DNA of 30,740 nucleotides from Aquificaceae bacterium (GTDB lineage Bacteria; Aquificota; Aquificia; Aquificales; Aquificaceae): NCBI GenBank assembly GCA_015490155.1, contig WFYI01000105.1, positions 1 to 30,740 of the forward strand, read 5' to 3'. Shown piece by piece: positions 24,874 to 30,740 of this stretch (position 1 is its first letter; each line of letters starts with the position of its first letter). The notes under the pieces were generated by a model. It saw only the letters and a program-made list of their open reading frames with translations, ran no database searches and was not told where the DNA came from. The position numbers and the translations under genes were made by a program.

Positions 24874-25065
24874 ATGCAAGACAGAGAGCTTTGCAAGACC
24901 TGCGTTTACTTTGTAGATAACCTCCCGAAGGAAGCATACTCGGAAGAGGACTGGAAGCTGATACAGGAGCTTGAGTGCTCGGTGGGAGCCACTCCGGGAG
25001 ACCAACTCTGTGAGGGTTTTAGGAAGTCCTCATGTGCTTTGGTGAATCTTGAAGATGATAAGTAG
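24874..25065 (+). CDS. Hypothetical small Cys-rich protein (63 aa; CxxC ... C-x10-C ... C)
   Basis: The sequence is MQDRELCKTCVYFVDNLPKEAYSEEDWKLIQELECSVGATPGDQLCEGFRKSSCALVNLEDDK. It sits in a slot that would otherwise be non-coding, co-directional with the upstream redoxin. There is no SD, and it overlaps the next gene by 11 nt. It is unverified. Confidence 0.3.
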   Translation: MQDRELCKTCVYFVDNLPKEAYSEEDWKLIQELECSVGATPGDQLCEGFRKSSCALVNLEDDK

Positions 25066-25891
25066 ATTTATTCTTTTACTTGCGATTTTATTAACCTCCA
25101 TATCAAGCTTTTCTCAAGTCGTACTCAGGATAGACGACTTTTTCCTAAGCAAGGACAAGTTTGAAGCACTTTTTAAGTCTTACTGGAGTGATATATTTCA
25201 CATACCCGTACACAGGGCTGGTAAGCTCGATAGAAAGGAGTTCCTAATAGAGTATGCCAGATGCAAGTTAATTCTTTTGGGTGCGGCAGAGGAAAACCTA
25301 ACCGTAAGCGAGGAGGAGTTTAAGACCTCTCTCAGGGAGAGGGTGGGTAAGCGGTCAGTTCCGGAGGTTGTCGAGGAGCTTTTCAGGTGTGAGCTTACGA
25401 CAGAGAAGCTGGTTCGGGAGCTTTATACCGAGACGGAGCCTTCTGAAGAAGCTCTCAGAGCTTACTACATTCTAAATAAGAGGGATTTCTACTTTCCGGA
25501 CAGGGTTCTTCTACTACGGGTATTCGTGAAAAAACAGGGTCAGATATCTTTGGTTAGGAATATGCTGACTTACAGTGATAGCATTCACATCAAGGGTGTT
25601 GCGGTAGGTAAACCTCTATGGTTCTCACTCCAGACCTTACCTTCGGTTATAAGGAGAAGCCTTAGCTCCTATGAAAAGGGCAGTGTATCGAAACCTATTC
25701 CCCTTGAAGGGGGGTATCTTGTAGTTAAGGTTTTGGATAGAAAGAAAGCGGGAGTATTGAGCTTTGAAGAAGCCAGAACTTTGATAAGGGATAAGATAAT
25801 TAAAGAGTACAGAGAGGAGGTACTAAGAAGATGGTTAAGAAGGGTAGCCCAGAGGCACCAAATAGAGTTAAACCTTCAGCACTTGTATTGA
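25055..25891 (+). CDS. Periplasmic SurA/PrsA-like chaperone with a degenerate parvulin (PpiC-type) domain
   Basis: Signal peptide MISRFILLLAILLTSISSFSQ. The PpiC-like segment is ...YYILNKRDFYFPDRVLLLRVFVKKQ...KGSVSKPIPLEGGYLVVKVLDRKKAGVLSFEEARTLIRDKI... I prefer the ATG at 25055 over the ORF-track TTG at 25049. Confidence 0.65.
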   Translation: MISRFILLLAILLTSISSFSQVVLRIDDFFLSKDKFEALFKSYWSDIFHIPVHRAGKLDRKEFLIEYARCKLILLGAAEENLTVSEEEFKTSLRERVGKRSVPEVVEELFRCELTTEKLVRELYTETEPSEEALRAYYILNKRDFYFPDRVLLLRVFVKKQGQISLVRNMLTYSDSIHIKGVAVGKPLWFSLQTLPSVIRRSLSSYEKGSVSKPIPLEGGYLVVKVLDRKKAGVLSFEEARTLIRDKIIKEYREEVLRRWLRRVAQRHQIELNLQHLY

Positions 25892-26715
25892 TACTCACAC
25901 TTTTTTTTACAACCGCTTTCGGGAAAACTTTAATTGACAGAGTTGTGGCAAATGTGAACGGTGAGCCTATACTTGAGAGTGAAGTAAAGATAGCTTCTTT
26001 ATTTTACGGAGTTAAAGACGAACAGAAGCTCATAAAAATACTCATCGACAAGCACCTTATCGCTCAGTTTCTCAAGAACCAGGGCTTAGCCGTCCCGCCT
26101 GCGTACTCGGACAGCTACATAAAGGAGATGGCAAACTCCAACGGGAAAACGGTAGAGGCTTTTTTGAAGGAGCTTTATGCTTCCGGCATAACACCTTCGG
26201 ACTTGAAGAGGTTTATAGAGCTTGAGATGTTGTCCACCCTCGGGTTAAGGAGCTTTTTGAGTAGTAAGCTGGACGTTTCTGACTTGGAGATAGAGATAGA
26301 AAGGCTAAAGAAGGGGGAAGTAAGGTACGCAAAGAGGATAGAACTTCTGGTTCTTGACAGGGACAGGGCAGAGGAGCTTCTCAGCTTTAAAAACCTGAAC
26401 GATTTGAAGGAGATAGCTGATAAAACAGGAGAAAAACTGGAAACTATGAAAGTTTACAGAGGAGACCTCGTAGAGTCCTTAGACAGGGAGGTTTGGAGGG
26501 CTGAAGTGGGAAAGGTCGTCGTTGCGGAAGACGAAAATAACATATATTTAGCTAAGGTTCTGAAGGTAGAAAGGGAACACTCGGGCAGGAGTGAGGAGGA
26601 GATAAGGAACGAGATACTCGAGAAGAAGATAAAAGAAATGACCATGGATATACTAAAGCAGTTGAGGGATAAAAGTTACGTGGAGGTTTTGATAGCTTCC
26701 AAGTCTGCGAGCTGA
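25831..26715 (+). CDS. SurA N-terminal-domain periplasmic chaperone-like protein
   Basis: Signal peptide (...ALVLILTLFFTTAFG), then LIDRVVANVNGEPILESEVKIASLFYG, the signature start of the SurA N-terminal chaperone domain. It is the second of two tandem SurA-like genes and overlaps the first by 61 nt. Confidence 0.7.
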   Translation: MVKKGSPEAPNRVKPSALVLILTLFFTTAFGKTLIDRVVANVNGEPILESEVKIASLFYGVKDEQKLIKILIDKHLIAQFLKNQGLAVPPAYSDSYIKEMANSNGKTVEAFLKELYASGITPSDLKRFIELEMLSTLGLRSFLSSKLDVSDLEIEIERLKKGEVRYAKRIELLVLDRDRAEELLSFKNLNDLKEIADKTGEKLETMKVYRGDLVESLDREVWRAEVGKVVVAEDENNIYLAKVLKVEREHSGRSEEEIRNEILEKKIKEMTMDILKQLRDKSYVEVLIASKSAS

Positions 26716-27455
26716 AACCCTACATCCTTGCCTACTATGAGCCTGACGAGTTCTTTTAGGTTTGGAGATATGTCCGTGAAGAAGATTTCCAGCTCTCCCC
26801 TTCCACCGTGGTTGCCTATGCAGTCCTTTAAATCTTGGGCTATCACACTTGCCGAGTCAACTACGCTTACACCTTCTAAAAAGTTACCGATTAGCCCTTT
26901 TAAAAGCGGGTAGTGGGTGCAACCGAGTATTAGGGTATCTATACCTGAACTCTTTAGGTTGGATAAGTAATGTTCTATAACGGACTCGGCTACTTTGCCC
27001 TTGAGTAAGCCCTCTTCCACCAACGGTACAAAAAGGGGACAGGCTTTTGCCACGACATCTACCCCTTGTTTTTTTAAGAGCTTCTGGTATACGTTGCTGT
27101 TTACGGTACTTAATGTTCCTATAACCCCTACCTTCCTATTTTTGGTGAGCTTTAAAGCTGCCCTGACCCCCGGTTCTATTACTCCCATAACCGGGACGGA
27201 TAATCTGTCCTCCAAGATTTCTAAGGAGTATGAGCTTGCGGTGTTGCAAGCTACTACAATCACATCCGCTCCCCTGCCTAACAGGAAATTTGAAAGCTCT
27301 ACACTGTATCTAACTATTGTTTCCTTTGACTTGTTACCGTACGGAACTCGGGCTGTATCTCCTATGTAGACTATGTCAACCTGCGGGAGAGCCTCGTGGA
27401 TTTCCCGTAAAACGGTAAGCCCGCCAACTCCCGAGTCAAATATGCCGATACGCAA
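26676..27455 (-). CDS. murI: Glutamate racemase
   Basis: The sequence is MRIGIFDSGVGGLTVLREI...VVACNTAS...LGCTHYPLL. It carries both catalytic Cys motifs of MurI. Confidence 0.94.
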   Translation of the reverse strand: MRIGIFDSGVGGLTVLREIHEALPQVDIVYIGDTARVPYGNKSKETIVRYSVELSNFLLGRGADVIVVACNTASSYSLEILEDRLSVPVMGVIEPGVRAALKLTKNRKVGVIGTLSTVNSNVYQKLLKKQGVDVVAKACPLFVPLVEEGLLKGKVAESVIEHYLSNLKSSGIDTLILGCTHYPLLKGLIGNFLEGVSVVDSASVIAQDLKDCIGNHGGRGELEIFFTDISPNLKELVRLIVGKDVGFQLADLEAIKTST

Positions 27456-27472
27456 GGTGCTAATAGTATAGA

Positions 27473-28903
27473 TTAGCTCAGGTCAAACATGACAGACTTG
27501 ATTTCTGTGTAGTCTTCCACCGCGAACTTAGGTCCCTCTCTACCTATTCCAGAGTTTTTCATTCCACCGTAGGGCTGATGGTCAACCCTGAATGTAGGAC
27601 CTTCATTTATCAAGACTCCGCCTACCTCGGCTCTGTTTATAAACTCCCAGGCAACGTTTATGTCTCTGGTAAACACTCCTACCTGTAAGCCGTACTCGGA
27701 GCTGTTCACGTATCTTAAGGCTTCCTCCACATTTCTATAAGGGTCTACAACTACAACAGGTGCAAAAGCCTCCTCTTTAAAGAGTTTTGTCTCCGGAGGA
27801 ACCAGGGAAACGATAGTCGGCTCGAAGAGGGCAGTTTTTTCAGCGCACGCCACTCCTCCCATTTCAACCTTCGCTCCCCGTTCTACAGCCTCCTGAATCC
27901 AGTCCTGAATTCTGTTTACCTCGCTCTGCGCTATAAGAGGACCTACGTCTGTGGTTTCATCCATCGGGTCTCCTACCTTCAATTCCTTTACCTTTTCCCG
28001 CATTCTCTCTGTGAACTTCTCGAATACATCTTCGTGAACGAAGACCCTCTGAACGGAGATGCATACCTGTCCGGCTATAGAGTAACCTCCCATAACCGCT
28101 CGCTGTACTGCCTTTTCGATGTCCCCGTCTTTGTGAACCACTATTGCAGAATTGGAGCCAAGCTCAAGAACTACCTTTTTTATACCCACCTGACGGGTTA
28201 TTATCTCCCCTATCTTCTTACTTCCCGTGAAGGATACTACCCGCACGTCCGGATGGGTGGTCATAGCTTTCCCCACATCTCCGTATCCCGGAATTACGGA
28301 AAGAGCTTTGGGAGGTATACCCGCTTCCAAAAGAACTTCTGCCAGCATAATCGGCGTTAGGGGTGTTCTTTCGGAGGGTTTTAAAATTACCGCGTTTCCA
28401 CAGGCAAGGGCTGGTGCAACCTTGTGCATAGAGAGATTTAGAGGGAAATTAAAAGGCGTTATGGCAGAAACTATTCCCACCGGTACCCTTATATAAAATC
28501 CAACCTTGCCGGCACCGTTCGGGTGTGCGTCTACTGGGAAAGTCTCTCCACTTATCCTCTTCGCTTCCTCTGCAGAGAATATGAGCGTTTGTATAGCCCT
28601 TGCCACCTCCGCTCTCGCCTCTTTTATGGTTTTGCCCACTTCGTACACAAGGGTTCTTGCGAACTCCTCCGCTCTATCCTCGAGTAGTTCTGCGGCTTTC
28701 ATAAGCACCTTATACCTTTCGTAAGCCGTCATGGAGGATATATCCCTAAAGCCTTCCCTAGCCCTTTCTATGGCCGCGTTAACATCTTCCTCGCTTCCCA
28801 TAGAAACTCTACCTACTGTATCACCTGTGTAGGGGTACACGACCTCTATCTTTTCTACGGAGTCCTTCCACTCTCCACCTACGAGCATTTTCTTTTCTAC
28901 CAT
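27473..28903 (-). CDS. NAD(P)+-dependent aldehyde dehydrogenase (ALDH superfamily)
   Basis: ALDH glutamate active-site region VLELGSNSA. The catalytic Cys region is GQVCISVQRVFVHEDV. The sequence FTGSKKIGEIITRQ resembles the ALDH NAD-binding region. I place the start at ATG 28901-28903 (MVEKKMLVGGEW...), with a strong SD (GGAGGTG) 7 nt upstream. The ORF track adds 21 residues that I judge spurious. Confidence 0.88.
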   Translation of the reverse strand: MVEKKMLVGGEWKDSVEKIEVVYPYTGDTVGRVSMGSEEDVNAAIERAREGFRDISSMTAYERYKVLMKAAELLEDRAEEFARTLVYEVGKTIKEARAEVARAIQTLIFSAEEAKRISGETFPVDAHPNGAGKVGFYIRVPVGIVSAITPFNFPLNLSMHKVAPALACGNAVILKPSERTPLTPIMLAEVLLEAGIPPKALSVIPGYGDVGKAMTTHPDVRVVSFTGSKKIGEIITRQVGIKKVVLELGSNSAIVVHKDGDIEKAVQRAVMGGYSIAGQVCISVQRVFVHEDVFEKFTERMREKVKELKVGDPMDETTDVGPLIAQSEVNRIQDWIQEAVERGAKVEMGGVACAEKTALFEPTIVSLVPPETKLFKEEAFAPVVVVDPYRNVEEALRYVNSSEYGLQVGVFTRDINVAWEFINRAEVGGVLINEGPTFRVDHQPYGGMKNSGIGREGPKFAVEDYTEIKSVMFDLS

Positions 28904-28960
28904 TACTACACCTCCGTTGTTACTTAAATAATTTACAGCTATCCTGTACCCTTTATCCAC

Positions 28961-28989
28961 TTGCAAAACTTAGTAGGGTAGTGTATAAG
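28961..28989 (+). promoter_or_regulatory. Sigma-70-like promoter candidate: TTGCAA (28961-28966), 17-nt spacer, TATAAG (28984-28989)
   Basis: Seen in the sequence. The -10 element ends 10 nt before the ATG at 29000 with no SD, which implies a leaderless or near-leaderless mRNA for the downstream small gene. Confidence 0.4.
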
Positions 28990-28999
28990 ATACTTCCCT

Positions 29000-29269
29000 A
29001 TGCAAAAATCATTGAAGGATAAAGAGATAAAAGCTAAGATACTTACGGTGAGACTTCCTAAGAAAGATATAGGCTTGTTTAACTCCTTGATAGACGGTAC
29101 GGGAAGACTGGCGATAGCGAGGACACGTGATAATCAGGAAGGAGTTGTGGACTTGATAGCTACGCCTTACTGTTTTGATAAACTTGTGGAAGTCGTGGAG
29201 TGTATAAGAAAGCACATCCCGGAGCTTGATGTACTGGGGGAAACCGAATTCTCAGAGACTAAGTTTTAG
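29000..29269 (+). CDS. Conserved hypothetical small protein (DUF4911-like)
   Basis: 89 aa. ...ILTVRLPKKDIGLFNSLIDGTGRLAIARTRDNQEGVVDLIATPYCFDKLVEVVECI... resembles the DUF4911 pattern (...dIaFLnailEgyeGlavVRT.d...G.v.L...Pd...ev...l). It lies 17 nt upstream of tldD in the same direction. Confidence 0.5.
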   Translation: MQKSLKDKEIKAKILTVRLPKKDIGLFNSLIDGTGRLAIARTRDNQEGVVDLIATPYCFDKLVEVVECIRKHIPELDVLGETEFSETKF

Positions 29270-29286
29270 ATACGGAGGTAATTGCT

Positions 29287-30696
29287 ATGGTAGAGGTTGA
29301 AACTTTAGATATAAAGGAAATGCTCAAAGATAAGGCGGGTCATATACTTTCAAATCTGCTTTCACAAGGGGGTGAGTACGGGGAAATTTTCTACGAAAAG
29401 TCAAGAACCTCCAGAATGCACTTAGAGAACGGAAAGATTGATAAAGTAAGTTACGGTATAGACGAAGGTGTGGGACTGAGACTGATAAGAGATGGGAAGA
29501 CCTACTACGGGTACACCACACAGCCGACATATGAGGGATTGATAGAGCTGGCGAAAACGCTTGCGCGTGGTGAAGGGTACGGAGCGGTTGCGGTAGGTAA
29601 GAGATACCTTGAGGGCTGGACGCCGGTTATCATAGACCCGGACTCCCAAGACCTGCATTACAGGGCAAGTATCTTAAAAAGGGCGGAGGAAAAAGCCAGA
29701 AGTTACGGAGATAGGGTTAAACAGGTTCTATCCGTTCTCATGGACAAGACAAGGGAGGTTTTAGTTATAAACTCTTTCGGCGAGACCGCGGAGGACACGC
29801 AGAAAAGGGTAGTGTTCTTCGTTGAGGTTGTGGCTTCTAACGGTGAAGAGCTGCAAAGGGGTTACGAGTCTCTCGGTGGCAGAAAGGGGTTTGAGATATT
29901 TGAAGAAACACCTCCGGAACTCGTGGCTCAAAGGGCAACCGAGAGGGCATTGCTTATGTTGAGTGCAAAGCCTGCACCCGCGGGGAACTTCACCGTGGTC
30001 ATGTCCGCCCAGGCAGGGGGAACCATGATACACGAGGCTGTGGGACACGGGCTTGAAGCAGACTTGGTTCAGCAGGGCTTGTCCGTGTACGCGGGAAAAC
30101 TTGACAAAAAGGTAGCCTCTGAGCTTGTCAGCGTGGTAGATGACGCTACCCTATCCTCCCATAACGGTTCCTTTACCATAGACGATGAAGGTGTACCCGC
30201 ACAGAGAAAGGTCCTTATAAAGGACGGGTACCTCGTCGGGTATATGTACGACAGGCTCAGGGCTATGAAGGAAGGCAGAGAATCCACGGGAAACGGTAGG
30301 AGACAAAGCTACGCCCACATACCCATAGTGAGGATGACAAACACATTTATAGATAAAGGTAAAGATAATCCAGACGACATTCTAAAGGACACTAAAAACG
30401 GCGTTTACGTCGTGAAGATGGGCGGAGGCGAAGTAAATACAGTTACCGGAGACTTCGTCTTTGAGATAATGGAAGGGTACATGATAGAGAACGGAGAGAT
30501 AACTTACCCGATAAAGGGGGCTACGCTCATAGGAAACGGACCCAAAGCTCTCCAAGATGTAGATGCGGTAGGCAACGATTTGGGGTGTGCTATAGGCACC
30601 TGCGGTAAAGACGGGCAAGGTGTTCCCGTAACGGATGCCCAACCCACTGTAAGGATAAAACAGCTTACGCTCGGAGGGTGTCAGGTTTGCAAGTGA
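29287..30696 (+). CDS. tldD: TldD/PmbA-family metalloprotease
   Basis: 469 aa. It has the HEAVGHGLEAD zinc-binding motif (HExxxH) and the C-terminal ...GDFVFEIMEGYMIENGE...GATLIGNG... region typical of TldD. SD GGAGGT lies 8 nt upstream. Confidence 0.9.
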   Translation: MVEVETLDIKEMLKDKAGHILSNLLSQGGEYGEIFYEKSRTSRMHLENGKIDKVSYGIDEGVGLRLIRDGKTYYGYTTQPTYEGLIELAKTLARGEGYGAVAVGKRYLEGWTPVIIDPDSQDLHYRASILKRAEEKARSYGDRVKQVLSVLMDKTREVLVINSFGETAEDTQKRVVFFVEVVASNGEELQRGYESLGGRKGFEIFEETPPELVAQRATERALLMLSAKPAPAGNFTVVMSAQAGGTMIHEAVGHGLEADLVQQGLSVYAGKLDKKVASELVSVVDDATLSSHNGSFTIDDEGVPAQRKVLIKDGYLVGYMYDRLRAMKEGRESTGNGRRQSYAHIPIVRMTNTFIDKGKDNPDDILKDTKNGVYVVKMGGGEVNTVTGDFVFEIMEGYMIENGEITYPIKGATLIGNGPKALQDVDAVGNDLGCAIGTCGKDGQGVPVTDAQPTVRIKQLTLGGCQVCK

Positions 30697-30740
30697 GATA
30701 GAAGCAATTTCTCGTACTTATCTGCAATTCTGTCCCACGT

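Noticed and set aside
1..30740. CRISPR arrays, IS elements, integrases or prophage remnants near the tRNA genes
   Set aside because: I found no regularly spaced direct repeats, no transposase- or integrase-like ORFs and no att-like duplication of the tRNA 3' ends. The tRNA 3' ends abut upp directly.

Overview
This is a densely packed, gene-rich bacterial chromosomal window (about 97% coding, with many 4-nt ATGA or longer start/stop overlaps). Protein similarity and codon usage suggest a thermophilic Aquificae-like organism. I call about 37 CDSs, two tRNA genes on the minus strand (Ala-GGC with the G3:U70 identity pair, and Lys-UUU), and a few promoter-like sites. I see no CRISPR array, IS element, integrase or rRNA.

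The content is mostly housekeeping. It includes bioA, rsgA, a kdsC-lptC-lptA lipopolysaccharide block, yggS, trmFO, a Na+/Ca2+ exchanger, hom, upp, murI, tldD and an NtrC-type two-component system headed by an orphan periplasmic binding protein.

The stretches I think deserve most attention are:
- A translationally coupled three-gene operon (18839-21272, minus strand). It encodes a Pelota/eRF1-like protein without a GGQ motif, an NYN-domain predicted RNase, and RdgB.
- A carbamoyltransferase followed by an SxtJ-like membrane protein and a 49-aa DUF5989-like peptide at the window start. This trio resembles sxtI-J-K of the saxitoxin cluster.
- An unusually long (about 340 nt) AT-rich non-coding block between the tRNA pair and hom. 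It carries repeated TTAG(G)CTAA palindromes.
- upp, which appears to be co-transcribed only 15 nt downstream of the two tRNAs, with a TTG start and no Shine-Dalgarno (SD) sequence.
- A Wzt-type ABC ATPase with no permease partner, fused in an operon to a prepilin-like gene.

Several ORF-track starts looked like non-biological N-terminal extensions. I re-placed them using SD sequences and signal peptides (HU, the periplasmic binding protein, ALDH, rdgB, the ABC ATPase and cytochrome c).
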